The position numbers were made by a program, and so were the translations under genes. Below, piece after piece: positions 17,133-26,843 of a stretch of DNA of 30,890 bases. Location of the stretch: the NCBI GenBank assembly GCA_028700115.1, contig JAQVTI010000012.1:1-30890 (forward strand), written 5' to 3'. The stretch is from Candidatus Iainarchaeum sp. (GTDB lineage Archaea; Iainarchaeota; Iainarchaeia; Iainarchaeales; CSSED10-239). Position 1 is the first letter of the stretch. Each line of letters opens with the position of its first letter. Under the pieces are notes generated by a model. That model had not been told where the DNA came from. It searched no databases and saw nothing but the letters and a program-made list of their open reading frames with translations.

Positions 17133-18008
17133 TTAATTACCTACCAAATTTATTAAAAATATAAAAAGAATATTAATTACAGGAACTAAAATAAAAACCC
17201 CAATTGCAAGAAGAGAACCAATACTTAAGCCTCCAATTGCACCTCCTACCATACCCATAAGCATAATTCCAGAAAATAAAAATAAAGGTCCTGCAATAAC
17301 AACAGCAGAATAAATATCACCAAAAAGTTCTGCTTTTTTATTTTGATTATCAAGTAAAAGATTATATTCAAATTTTGCATGATCAGCTTTCTTTTTCATA
17401 AAATCAGAAAGAGATCCCCCTGCTTCCAAATTAGATTTTAAATCTAATAAAAATTTTTTTAATTCAAAAGAAGGAGTTTTTTTTGCAACAATATCTATTG
17501 CTTCTAAAAGAGAAATACCTAATTTATCTATATAATAAATAATTTTAGAAAATTCATTATTTAAATATTGATTTTTATCTTTAACATTAGAAGTAGAAAA
17601 AATTGCTTCGGGAGGTGCACCAGATTCTGCAACACTAGACATTCCAAGTATAACTAATGGCAAATTATTTTTAATACTATTAACTTTTGAATTAATTATT
17701 ATATAAGGTCTTAAAAAAGAAAAAACAAAATATAAAATAAACAAAACAAAAGAAATTATAAATAGAATAGAAAAAGAAATTAATAAATTTGGAACAATAT
17801 TTGAAATTATACTCCCAGAAACAAAAACCATAATTGCAATAAAAAAAGAATAAAAAAGATTTTTAGAAAAATATTCACTTACATCTACATCTAAATCAGC
17901 TTGTTCAAATTTTTGTTGAACACTAACTACATCTAAATTTTTTGTAATCGGTATAAACATCCTATAAAGTTTTTCCTCAAAACTAAGATTATTTTCTTTA
18001 ATAGACAT
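17133..18008 (-). CDS. Type IV pilus/archaellum platform protein, single T2SSF domain (TadB/FlaJ-like half)
   Basis: 291 aa. T2SSF-like domain (GISLLEAIDIVAKKTPSFELKKFLLDLKSNLEAGGSLSDFM) plus TM helices. Its stop is 2 nt from the next start. Confidence 0.7.
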   Translation of the reverse strand: MSIKENNLSFEEKLYRMFIPITKNLDVVSVQQKFEQADLDVDVSEYFSKNLFYSFFIAIMVFVSGSIISNIVPNLLISFSILFIISFVLFILYFVFSFLRPYIIINSKVNSIKNNLPLVILGMSSVAESGAPPEAIFSTSNVKDKNQYLNNEFSKIIYYIDKLGISLLEAIDIVAKKTPSFELKKFLLDLKSNLEAGGSLSDFMKKKADHAKFEYNLLLDNQNKKAELFGDIYSAVVIAGPLFLFSGIMLMGMVGGAIGGLSIGSLLAIGVFILVPVINILFIFLINLVGN

Positions 18009-18094
18009 AATAATTTACATTTAAAATATATTTTATTAATAAATAGTAAATATAAATTCTTTTTAATACTTTCTATAATTTAAAAAAATAAAAA

Positions 18095-19207
18095 TTAAAC
18101 ATTAAATTCAACAACATCTTCATTTTTTAAAATATAAGACTTAGAAACAGTTTGACCAGGATATTTTGTAGATCCCCAAACTTTTGCAGATTTTAAATTA
18201 TTATAAATATTTTTGTGAATTATTTTTGCAGCATCTAATACAGTTTCACCTTTATTTAATACCAAGGGTTCATTTTTAGATAATTTTTGTCCAGGTTTCT
18301 TTGTAAAAATTATGACTTTATTTAATTTTTCAAAAATTAAATTTCTAACATTTTCTTTTTCAGAAAAATCTACACAATTAATACCTTTATATTTACTTAA
18401 TAATAATTTTTTAGAAAAAGGCATAGAAACACAAATTACAGAAACATATGCAGCTCTTGGATTTACTAAAAGTAATAAGTCTTCTAAACTTGTTTTTTGA
18501 TTTAAAATAATATTTGAATTTTTAATACCTGACGATTTCAAAAAATCTAAAGCTTGATCTAAAGGTAATTGTAAATTTTTTGGATTAATTATTGAAATCC
18601 CAGAAAATTCGCTTTTTGAAATTAAAATATCTGGTTTATTTATTTTTAAATAAACATCTTGCTTTCTAAAAATTTCTAAAAGAAAATCTAAATCTTTCAT
18701 ATTCCCATCTTTTATTATAAAAATTACAAGATCAGAAACTCTAATCATAGAATAAATTTGAGAAGTTAAATCATGACCTTCTAAAAAAGCAGGAAGTTCA
18801 ATAGTTTGAATTAAAGCACCCCCATAATTTAAAATACCTACTTCAGGTTTAGTAGTAGTATAAGGATAAGAAGCAATTACAGGTTTTGCATTTGTAAATG
18901 TTTGTAAAAAAGTACTTTTACCAGAATTAGCAAATCCAACTAAAACAACTTGACCAGCCCCATCTTTTTTAATATTTATTGTAGATCCAGATTTTTTGGC
19001 ATTATTTGCATGTTTTTCAATTTTTGATTTTAAAGAAACTAATTTTCTAGATAAATCTTTTCTAAGATTTTCAGCACCTTTATGAGCTGGAGCTTTAGAA
19101 ATCATCTCTTGTAAAGCTACAACTCTTTCTTCATCGCTTTTAGCTTCATCATATTTTTTTTGAGCAAGAGAAAATTCATAAGATGCATTTATTGGCATAG
19201 TAATCAC
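18095..19207 (-). CDS. DRG/OBG-family GTPase with C-terminal TGS domain
   Basis: G1 motif GFANSGKST, archaeal DRG-type N-terminal helix (AQKKYDEAKS...APAHKGAENLR), TGS-like C-terminus. Confidence 0.8.
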   Translation of the reverse strand: MITMPINASYEFSLAQKKYDEAKSDEERVVALQEMISKAPAHKGAENLRKDLSRKLVSLKSKIEKHANNAKKSGSTINIKKDGAGQVVLVGFANSGKSTFLQTFTNAKPVIASYPYTTTKPEVGILNYGGALIQTIELPAFLEGHDLTSQIYSMIRVSDLVIFIIKDGNMKDLDFLLEIFRKQDVYLKINKPDILISKSEFSGISIINPKNLQLPLDQALDFLKSSGIKNSNIILNQKTSLEDLLLLVNPRAAYVSVICVSMPFSKKLLLSKYKGINCVDFSEKENVRNLIFEKLNKVIIFTKKPGQKLSKNEPLVLNKGETVLDAAKIIHKNIYNNLKSAKVWGSTKYPGQTVSKSYILKNEDVVEFNV

Positions 19208-19234
19208 ATTATTATTAATTTAATTATCTAAAAA

Positions 19235-19825
19235 TTATTTCCTAATTTCAAAAACAATTAATTTTTCAAAAAATAATTTTTTTTCAGCAACTTGAAAATA
19301 TTTTAAATTATTTTTAATAATATTTTTTTTAATATTATCTATATTATTTAGAGTAGAAACTAATAAATAACAATTTCCATTATCTTTTAAAAAAATATTT
19401 AAATTATTTATAAAATCCAAAATAATTTCACTACCATTTTTACCACCATCATCACAAATTATTGTTTTAGTATTAGATGGGACATATGGCGGATTAAAAA
19501 CAATTAAATCAAATTTTAAATTTTTATTAATATTAGAAAACAAATCAGAATAAATAATAGTAACATTTTCTAAATTATATTTAGTTATAAAACTTTTCAA
19601 ATAATTAATAACATTTAAATCAATATCTGCAAGAATTAAATTTTTTGAAAAATATGACAGAAAAAAACTTAAAATTCCACTACCTGGACCGATCTCTAAA
19701 ACATCCAAATAGGTTTTAGAAATTTTTTTTTTTAAAACTTCTAAAAATAAAAAAGAATCATCACTAGGTTCATAAATATTTTTAGGTAAAGATAAATAAA
19801 AATCTTTATAATTTAAATCATTCAT
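19235..19825 (-). CDS. HemK/Mtq2-like N5-glutamine (release factor) methyltransferase
   Basis: SAM motif LEIGPGSGILS, catalytic FNPPYV, N-terminal IYEPSDDSFLFLE. Start placed at MNDLNYK (M19 of the track ORF), which avoids a hydrophobic, non-homologous extension. Confidence 0.75.
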   Translation of the reverse strand: MNDLNYKDFYLSLPKNIYEPSDDSFLFLEVLKKKISKTYLDVLEIGPGSGILSFFLSYFSKNLILADIDLNVINYLKSFITKYNLENVTIIYSDLFSNINKNLKFDLIVFNPPYVPSNTKTIICDDGGKNGSEIILDFINNLNIFLKDNGNCYLLVSTLNNIDNIKKNIIKNNLKYFQVAEKKLFFEKLIVFEIRK

Positions 19826-19842
19826 ATAATATATATGAATGA
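19818..19842. promoter_or_regulatory. 25-bp palindrome containing both divergent start codons
   Basis: tcattCATata-a-tatATGaatga has 11-bp arms. The minus-gene ATG (19825-19823) and the tatD ATG (19835) are only 9 bp apart. Coordinates anchored on the ORF track. Confidence 0.4.
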
Positions 19843-20581
19843 AAATAAATATAACTATTTTCTTGATATACATTGTCATTATGAAGAAATAAATCCATTA
19901 TATTTAAAACAAAAGCTTAAAGAAAATAAAATAATTTCACTAACTGCAAGTACAAATATACAAACTTATGAAAATTTAGAAAAAATAAGACTTAAAAATA
20001 TACCAAATTTATATTTTGCATATGGATTACATCCAGATAATGTAATAAAAAAAGAAATAAATGATAATTTAAAAGATCTTGAAAAAATAGATTTCTCAAA
20101 ATCAATTGCAATTGGAGAGATTGGCTTAGATTATAAAATCACTAAAAATAAACAAAAAAAAGAAGAACAAAAAAAAATATTTGAAAAACAATTAGAATTT
20201 GCAAAAAAATTAAAAAAACCAGTTATTATTCATACAAGATATGCCACAAAACCAGTTTTAGAAATATTATCTTCATGGACAGATTTAAAAATTATTTTAC
20301 ATTGGTTTGGAGGAAATGAAACCGAAATTGATAAAGCTTTATCTAAAAATTATTATTTAACACAAAGATTTGCTTTTCCTGAAATTAAAAATATTAAAAA
20401 GCATTTTGATAAAATATTTATAGAAACTGATTTTCCTGTATCTTATAATGGAGAAAATACAAATATTGAAAGTGTTATAAAATCTTATGAAAAATTTTGT
20501 GAAAAATATGATATAGATTTAACACAAATAAAAAAAAGAACAATACAAAACTTTGAAAAATTATTTAAAATTAAATTGTGA
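19835..20581 (+). CDS. tatD: TatD-family metal-dependent hydrolase/DNase
   Basis: DIHCHY (HxH), IGEIGLDY, PVIIHTR and a C-terminal ETDFP motif. Confidence 0.85.
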   Translation: MNENKYNYFLDIHCHYEEINPLYLKQKLKENKIISLTASTNIQTYENLEKIRLKNIPNLYFAYGLHPDNVIKKEINDNLKDLEKIDFSKSIAIGEIGLDYKITKNKQKKEEQKKIFEKQLEFAKKLKKPVIIHTRYATKPVLEILSSWTDLKIILHWFGGNETEIDKALSKNYYLTQRFAFPEIKNIKKHFDKIFIETDFPVSYNGENTNIESVIKSYEKFCEKYDIDLTQIKKRTIQNFEKLFKIKL

Positions 20582-20588
20582 AATAAAT

Positions 20589-21218
20589 ATGGAAGAAGTA
20601 AAATACGAAAAAATTAAAATTAAATCAAATAAATTTAAAGAAAGTAAAGAACTTATATTTGCATGGATAGCTATATCTATTTGTTTTACTTTTGTTTTAG
20701 GGGATTTTAATATATTTAATAAAAATTTAATTTCTAATTTTAATTCAATTAATTTTTTTACATTATTAGGGATAAGCTTAATAGTTACAGGATCTTCTTT
20801 TATATTACATGAACTTGCACATAAATATACAGCAATATATTTTGGAGCAAAAGCACAATTTATGATGTGGAAAAAATCATTATTATTTTCTATAATTCTA
20901 GCATTTATATTAGGATTTGTTTTTGTTGCTCCTGGAGCAGTATATATTTTTGGTAAAAGACTTTCTTTAAAAGAAGACGGAATTGTATCTCTTGCTGGAC
21001 CAATTACAAATATATTAATAGGATTTATATTTGTATTACTTGCAATGTTTGGAATAACTGGTGCAGTAATATCATATGGAATATTCATTAATTTTTGGAT
21101 TGCATTTTTTAATTTAATCCCATTTGGACCATTAGATGGTAAAAAAATATTACAATGGAATCCAATTATATGGATTATTATGACAGCAGTTCCAGTATTA
21201 TTTTTATTTGTTTTATAA
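20589..21218 (+). CDS. M50/site-2-protease-family intramembrane metalloprotease (short archaeal form)
   Basis: HELAHK in a TM helix plus NLIPFGPLDGKKIL. Start taken at MEEVKYEK, just after the tatD stop. Confidence 0.75.
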   Translation: MEEVKYEKIKIKSNKFKESKELIFAWIAISICFTFVLGDFNIFNKNLISNFNSINFFTLLGISLIVTGSSFILHELAHKYTAIYFGAKAQFMMWKKSLLFSIILAFILGFVFVAPGAVYIFGKRLSLKEDGIVSLAGPITNILIGFIFVLLAMFGITGAVISYGIFINFWIAFFNLIPFGPLDGKKILQWNPIIWIIMTAVPVLFLFVL

Positions 21219-22088
21219 AATAGAAATAATTTTATCTTTAGATATATATTTTATATCTAAAACTCTATTTTTTGCTTTAATTTCTCTTAATTTAAAATTT
21301 CCTGTTTCTAATTGCTTTAATTTTTCCAAAATATATTTATTATTAGAAGAATATAAAATATCTAAAATATAATCATCTGTTTTGTAAAAATCATCAAAAG
21401 TTATTAGATTTAAATCTAAAGCTTTTTTTAAAGAATCTACAAAAATAGAATATCTTGTTTTATGATTTGCATCACCCCAATGATTTTGAGAAAAATAAAT
21501 ATATATTTCTTTAAATTTTTTTGCAAGGCCATATGTTTTAAAAATAATACAGTCGTCTTTTAAAAAAATATTTTCTAAAAACATATTAATTTTATTTAAA
21601 TCTTTTTTTAAATAAAAAAATTCTCTTAAAGTATAATCAAATCTATCAAAATTAAGAAATCTATCTTTTCTTTTAATTATTTCAAATTTATCTTCAATAT
21701 TATAAAATTGTTTAATATCTATATTATATTCTTTTAAAATAGATTTAATTTCTTTATCATTATCTAAAAGAATTTTTAGATTATTATCATGAAAATTTTC
21801 TTCATAATTTTTAACTAAATAATCATATACATGAGAAAAAGCTGTATGAGCAAGATCATGAAAAATTGCAGCAATTTTATGTTCTAAACTTAAATTAAAT
21901 TTATAACACAAACATAAAACACCTAAAGTATGTTCAAATCTAGAAAAACCTAAATTATAATGTAACTTTGGAGGAAGCCCCATTTGCTCAATTTTCTTTA
22001 GTCTTAAAATACTTTTACAATTTAATATTTTTAAAATAATATCTTCATTAAATTCAAATTCACCATAGACTTTATCAACATATTTCAT
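21213..22088 (-). CDS. HD-superfamily phosphohydrolase (COG1078-like)
   Basis: RFEHTLGV ... IFHDLAHTAFSH motifs. Confidence 0.75.
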   Translation of the reverse strand: MKYVDKVYGEFEFNEDIILKILNCKSILRLKKIEQMGLPPKLHYNLGFSRFEHTLGVLCLCYKFNLSLEHKIAAIFHDLAHTAFSHVYDYLVKNYEENFHDNNLKILLDNDKEIKSILKEYNIDIKQFYNIEDKFEIIKRKDRFLNFDRFDYTLREFFYLKKDLNKINMFLENIFLKDDCIIFKTYGLAKKFKEIYIYFSQNHWGDANHKTRYSIFVDSLKKALDLNLITFDDFYKTDDYILDILYSSNNKYILEKLKQLETGNFKLREIKAKNRVLDIKYISKDKIISIL

Positions 22089-22090
22089 AT

Positions 22091-24250
22091 CTAATGCACA
22101 TATTTAGATATCGCAGCATCATTTTTAAAAGAATTATATAAATCTTGAGAAGAATCTTTTATTTTAGATTTCATATTTTTTAAAATATTAATAACATGGT
22201 CTTCTAAAATATCTGTTTTTTTATAATTATTTTTTTTAAGTGCAAATAAAATAGAATCAGATATTAAAAGATTTAAATCTGCTCCAGTAAAATTTTCTGT
22301 AGATTCTACAATTTCTTTTATAAAATTTTTTGAAAGTTTATTAGGTGTTTTTTTAATTAATAAATTAATGATTTCTAATCTATCTTTTTTATTAGGAAGT
22401 TTAAATTCTAAAATTTTATCAATTCTTCCACTTCTTACAAAAGATTTATCAATTAAATCAGGTCTATTTGTTGCAGCTATAAAAATAATATCTTTATTAG
22501 AAATATTATCTAATTCCATTAATAATTGACCTAAAACTTTAGTATTATTTCCAGAATAATCTCCTTTATCTTGAGTAATAGAATCTATTTCATCAATAAA
22601 AAGAATACATGGAGAAACATCTTTTGCTTTTCTAAAAATATCTCTAATTGCTTTTTCTGATCCTCCAACCCATTTATCAAAAATTTCAGGACCTTTTATA
22701 TAAATATAATTTATTCCAAACTCTTTAGAAGCAGCATTAACTAAAAGAGTTTTACCAGTACCAGAAGGTCCATATAATAAAATTTTTTTTAAAGGAGTTC
22801 CATTCATTTCTTTTAATAAATCTTTTTTATTTAAAGAAAGATTAATAATATCTTTTAACATATCTTTTTGTTCACTTAAAGCCCCAACATCAGAAAAATT
22901 AATATTCGATGAATCTACAAAAACTTCTCTTAAAGCAGAAGCTTGTACAATTTTTAAAGCATTATCAAAATCATCTTTTGAAATTTTTAATTGTTCTAAA
23001 ATTTTTAAAGAAATTTCTTTTTTAGGAACAGAAATATCTGAAATAACTTTTTTAATTGCAAAAATTGCAGCTTCTTTTACAAGTGCTGATAAATCTGCTC
23101 CAACAAACCCATGAGTTACTTCTGAAAGACTTTTTAAATCAACATCTTTTTCTAAAGGAACATTTCTAGTATGAATTTTTAAAATATCTAATCTTGAAGA
23201 CTTACTAGGAACACCAATATCTATTTCTCTATCAAATCTTCCAGGTCTTCTTAATGCAGAATCAACATCTGATTGCCTATTTGTAGCTCCAATTACAATA
23301 ACATCTCCTCTAGAATCCATACCATCCATTAAAGCTAAAAGTTGTGCAACAACTCTTTTTTCAACTTCAGAAATAAGACTATCTCTTTTTGGGGCAATTG
23401 CATCAATTTCATCAATAAAAATAATACATGGAGCTTTATCTTGTGCTTGTTTAAAAATTTTTCTTAATCTTTCTTCAGCTTCACCTACATATTTAGCCAT
23501 AATTTGAGGGGCATCTAAAGATATAAAATTAACTTTAAGTTCATTAGATAATGCTTTTGCTAAAAGAGTTTTTCCTGTTCCAGGAGGTCCGTAAAGTAAA
23601 ATTCCTTTTGGAGAAGATACATTTAATTTTTCAAAAAATTCAGGATATTTAAAAGGAAGTTCAACCATTTCTCTAATTTTTTCAATTTCTGCTTTTAAAC
23701 CACCAACATCTTCATAACCTATAATTGTTTTTGAAGATATTTTTTTTGAAGGTTTTTTATTTAAAATTAATTTTGATTCTTCAGACAAAATTACAATTTT
23801 TTCTGGAATAGTAGAAGTTACTTCATAAAAATAACCAGCACCAAAAATACTTATAAGAATAGTATTTCCTGAAACAAAAGGTCTTCCTAAAAAATTTTTT
23901 TTAATTAACAAATCTGTATTTTCAGACAAAAGATTAACTTCTTTTATAGGAGTCAATATAATTTCATGCGCTATTTTTGGTTCAATTTTTTTAATAGTTA
24001 CAAAATCACCAATAGAAACTCCTGCATTTTGTCTTTGATATTGATCCATTCTAATTATATTTTCATCTCCAGATCTAATTTTATCTGGCCAAACTTGAGC
24101 CGCTGTAATTTTATCTCCTTTAATTTCTATTACATCTCCAGATATTAAATTTAATTTTTGTTTTATAGAAATATCTAATGTAATTATATTTTTTCCAATA
24201 TATTCTTCTCTTGCTTCTGCAACTTTTAATTTAATTAAATCTTGAGACAT
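22091..24250 (-). CDS. cdc48: CDC48/VCP-like AAA+ ATPase
   Basis: N-domain (LKVAEA...GDVIEIKG), two AAA modules ([13 protein letters not shown] with IIFIDEID; [13 protein letters not shown] with ILFIDEID). Confidence 0.9.
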   Translation of the reverse strand: MSQDLIKLKVAEAREEYIGKNIITLDISIKQKLNLISGDVIEIKGDKITAAQVWPDKIRSGDENIIRMDQYQRQNAGVSIGDFVTIKKIEPKIAHEIILTPIKEVNLLSENTDLLIKKNFLGRPFVSGNTILISIFGAGYFYEVTSTIPEKIVILSEESKLILNKKPSKKISSKTIIGYEDVGGLKAEIEKIREMVELPFKYPEFFEKLNVSSPKGILLYGPPGTGKTLLAKALSNELKVNFISLDAPQIMAKYVGEAEERLRKIFKQAQDKAPCIIFIDEIDAIAPKRDSLISEVEKRVVAQLLALMDGMDSRGDVIVIGATNRQSDVDSALRRPGRFDREIDIGVPSKSSRLDILKIHTRNVPLEKDVDLKSLSEVTHGFVGADLSALVKEAAIFAIKKVISDISVPKKEISLKILEQLKISKDDFDNALKIVQASALREVFVDSSNINFSDVGALSEQKDMLKDIINLSLNKKDLLKEMNGTPLKKILLYGPSGTGKTLLVNAASKEFGINYIYIKGPEIFDKWVGGSEKAIRDIFRKAKDVSPCILFIDEIDSITQDKGDYSGNNTKVLGQLLMELDNISNKDIIFIAATNRPDLIDKSFVRSGRIDKILEFKLPNKKDRLEIINLLIKKTPNKLSKNFIKEIVESTENFTGADLNLLISDSILFALKKNNYKKTDILEDHVINILKNMKSKIKDSSQDLYNSFKNDAAISKYVH

Positions 24251-24336
24251 AAAAACACAATTTATAATTTATAAATATATTTTATATAAAAACCTTTTTA
24301 ATATAATTTAAAAAATAAAATTTATTTAAAAAAATA

Positions 24337-25134
24337 TTATACAATATTACAATCTCCAGGAGGAAGAATAGACTCAATTTCATCAATAGAAGCATTTATT
24401 TTTTTAGAAACTAAAATATCTCTTATTTGCTTAGAAATATCTGCTTTTTTTATATTCCCAGGGACAACTTTTATATAAAAATCATATTTTTTAAAATCTT
24501 TAGAAATTAAAGGAATTGCCATGACTCCATATTTTTTATCAAAAACAATATAAATTCCTATTTCAGATTTTCTAAAATATTCTCTTTTTCCAGAAATAAC
24601 AAAAGAACCAGTAGATAAAGATTCCCCTGTTTGAGCAGTTTTAGAAACTTGATTAGAAGAAACAGAATAAACATCTACTGAAAATATTTTAGACTTCCAA
24701 GCCGAAGAAAAACTTGCTGCAAAACAAGCTGCTTCTTTTTTATCAATAATAGGTACATCTTCAATTTGTGTTTTTAAAATAGTATGAGGGGCACCAAAAA
24801 TATCTGCATGAAAATAAACATCATTTTTATCCATATATTTTTTAATTAAAAGTTCATTATTTTTTGCATCCCTTCCAGCAATTACAAGAAAATTATTTGT
24901 TGTAAAAAACCATCTAAATTTAGAAAACCAAAATTTATTTTTTAAAACTCTTTTTGTAAAAACAATCTTACTAGAAATATCAATAATATCTTTATTTGTT
25001 TTCTCCAAAGAAGTTTTTATTTTATTATATGCTTTATCTAAACCTTCAACTTTAGATTTTAATTTATTTCTTAAAATATATTTATCTTCAGCATTTTTTC
25101 CTGCAGATAGCTTATAATTTATTTCTATTTCCAT
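24337..25134 (-). CDS. NFACT-R (DUF814) domain protein, short Rqc2/NEMF/FbpA-like form lacking NFACT-N
   Basis: FRWFFTTNNFLVIAGRDAKNNELLIKKYMDKNDVYFHADIFGAPHTILK is the DUF814/NFACT-R core. Only 265 aa, with a short coiled-coil N-terminus. Confidence 0.7.
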   Translation of the reverse strand: MEIEINYKLSAGKNAEDKYILRNKLKSKVEGLDKAYNKIKTSLEKTNKDIIDISSKIVFTKRVLKNKFWFSKFRWFFTTNNFLVIAGRDAKNNELLIKKYMDKNDVYFHADIFGAPHTILKTQIEDVPIIDKKEAACFAASFSSAWKSKIFSVDVYSVSSNQVSKTAQTGESLSTGSFVISGKREYFRKSEIGIYIVFDKKYGVMAIPLISKDFKKYDFYIKVVPGNIKKADISKQIRDILVSKKINASIDEIESILPPGDCNIV

Positions 25135-25139
25135 AAAGA

Positions 25140-25676
25140 TTATTCACCAATATTTTCTTTTAATAAATCTATTAAAACATCTATTTCATTTTTATTTTTA
25201 TAAATTTCTCCAGATAAAAAAAAATTCGAATTATTTTTTATAATATCATAATAATTTGGGATATTTGAAATATATTTTTTTTTAATATTAATATGATGAG
25301 ATTCAATATTTTTAGATAAAAAAGTTACAGCAATATTATAATTTCCATCAGAAATAACTTCAGAACAATACATAACACTATTATCTTTTTTAATAATATC
25401 TAAAATTTTTTTAAAATTATCTTTATTATTTAAATCAATTTGGAAATAATTATTATTTTTCAAATTATATCCAATCTTTAAAGAATCTAAAAGAGGTCTA
25501 TAACCTGTAATAAATTTTTCTGATTCTAAAAAATCTATAGAAGATTTAATTGTAGCTCTATGAAAACCTGTAACTTTTTTAATTTGTCTAATATTTGGAA
25601 CAACACATCCTTTTAAAGTTAAAGAAGATAAAATTTTAACTCTTAAAGAATCATCTATTTTTTTAATAACAGCCAT
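25140..25676 (-). CDS. Putative winged-helix DNA-binding protein
   Basis: N-terminal HTH-like segment (LRVKILSSL...NIRQIKKVTGFHRATIKSSIDFLESEKFITG). The C-terminal domain is unassigned. Confidence 0.45.
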   Translation of the reverse strand: MAVIKKIDDSLRVKILSSLTLKGCVVPNIRQIKKVTGFHRATIKSSIDFLESEKFITGYRPLLDSLKIGYNLKNNNYFQIDLNNKDNFKKILDIIKKDNSVMYCSEVISDGNYNIAVTFLSKNIESHHINIKKKYISNIPNYYDIIKNNSNFFLSGEIYKNKNEIDVLIDLLKENIGE

Positions 25677-25743
25677 AATTATTCACAAATAAATAGGCTA
25701 TAAAACTTATTTTAAAACTTTTTATTATACAAAATGGAACATT

Positions 25744-26034
25744 TTATTTATTAAAAGTCTTTTTTATTAATAAAATCAACTTATCAAAAGAAGAAATTAT
25801 TAAAAAGGTAATAATATTTGATAAAATTATTTGATTAATAGTTAATTCTAAATCTATATTAATAAAAAAAGTAAAAATAAAATTAATAATCAAAGGCACA
25901 AAATATTTATACAAAAAAATATTTTTAGAAACAGTAACATAAATAAATTTATTTTTCACTATTTCAAAAACATAATATAAAATAAATATAAAAGGATAAA
26001 ATAAAAAGAAAGCAATATAATCAATAAATATCAT
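25744..26034 (-). CDS. Hypothetical small membrane protein (may be spurious)
   Basis: 96-aa F/I/L/Y-rich ORF with no SD. This composition is expected by chance in AT-rich DNA. Confidence 0.25.
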   Translation of the reverse strand: MIFIDYIAFFLFYPFIFILYYVFEIVKNKFIYVTVSKNIFLYKYFVPLIINFIFTFFINIDLELTINQIILSNIITFLIISSFDKLILLIKKTFNK

Positions 26035-26339
26035 TTGATTTAAAGGAATAAAATAATAGAATAATTATATATCATAAAAAAATATAATAGATCTCCACAA
26101 AATCAAAAAAATCGCAGAAAAACCTTCTTTAATTGAATCTGAATTCATAATAATCACATTTATTTAAATTAAAAATACATAAAAAACATTAAAAATACTA
26201 CTTAAAATCATAAAAAAAAATAAAATATTGGAAAAATACTTAATTTTCCAAAAAAACTATATTTATAAGTATTTCTCATATTATAATATATTATAAACCT
26301 AATTTTATTTAATAAAATTAAATATAAATAAAGATAATT

Positions 26340-26546
26340 ATGGACGAAAAATTAACAAAATATGAAATAACTAGAATACTTTCAGCAAGAGCAGAACAAA
26401 TATCTTTTGGAGCCCCACCATTACTTAGAGCTACAAAAGAAGATACAGCTTATGGTCTTGCAGAAAAAGAATTTTTAAAAAAAACAATACCATTAGCAGT
26501 AATTAGAAATCATAATGGAATAAAGAAAATAATAAGTGTGAATTAA
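26340..26546 (+). CDS. rpoK: DNA-directed RNA polymerase subunit K (Rpo6)
   Basis: LTKYEITRILSARAEQISFGAPPLL core motif. 68 aa. Confidence 0.9.
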   Translation: MDEKLTKYEITRILSARAEQISFGAPPLLRATKEDTAYGLAEKEFLKKTIPLAVIRNHNGIKKIISVN

Positions 26547-26547
26547 T

Positions 26548-26817
26548 ATGGGAAAAGCAATGTCAAATAATATAAAAGCAAAAGCAAAAATCTTAATGAC
26601 AGAATTCAGATCAAATTTAGGAATAGATTTTGAACAAAATAAAAATTTTATAAAAAGAATAAATCTACCTTTATCTAAAAAGACAATAAATTTAATGTGT
26701 GGATATATTACAAGAACTATTAAAAAACAAGTAAAAGAAGAAGAAAAAACAAATTTAAATAAAGATAAAACAAAAACACCAATTAAGAAATTAAAAGATA
26801 CACAAATACATGTATAA
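26548..26817 (+). CDS. rps17e: 30S ribosomal protein S17e
   Basis: MGKAMSNNIKAKAKILMTEFRSNLGIDFEQNKNFI...LSKKTINLMCGYITR aligns by eye with the S17e N-terminal domain. Lys-rich tail. Confidence 0.8.
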   Translation: MGKAMSNNIKAKAKILMTEFRSNLGIDFEQNKNFIKRINLPLSKKTINLMCGYITRTIKKQVKEEEKTNLNKDKTKTPIKKLKDTQIHV

Positions 26818-26843
26818 ATTAAATTTCTTAAAATTTCTTTTTT

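Noticed and set aside
18312-18500. Plus-strand ORF inside the DRG GTPase gene
   Set aside because: Shadow ORF with no supporting signal.
19826-19879. Upstream ATG giving the methyltransferase an MTMYIKKIVIFIFIHIYY extension that overlaps tatD
   Set aside because: The extension is hydrophobic and non-homologous. The MNDLNYK start gives the expected spacing to the YEPSDDSF motif. It remains an alternative.
20561-21088. 175-aa minus-strand ORF opposite the M50 protease gene
   Set aside because: The plus-strand frame carries the HELAH and NxxPxxxLDG motifs. The antisense product has none.
23966-24148. Plus-strand ORF inside cdc48
   Set aside because: Shadow ORF.
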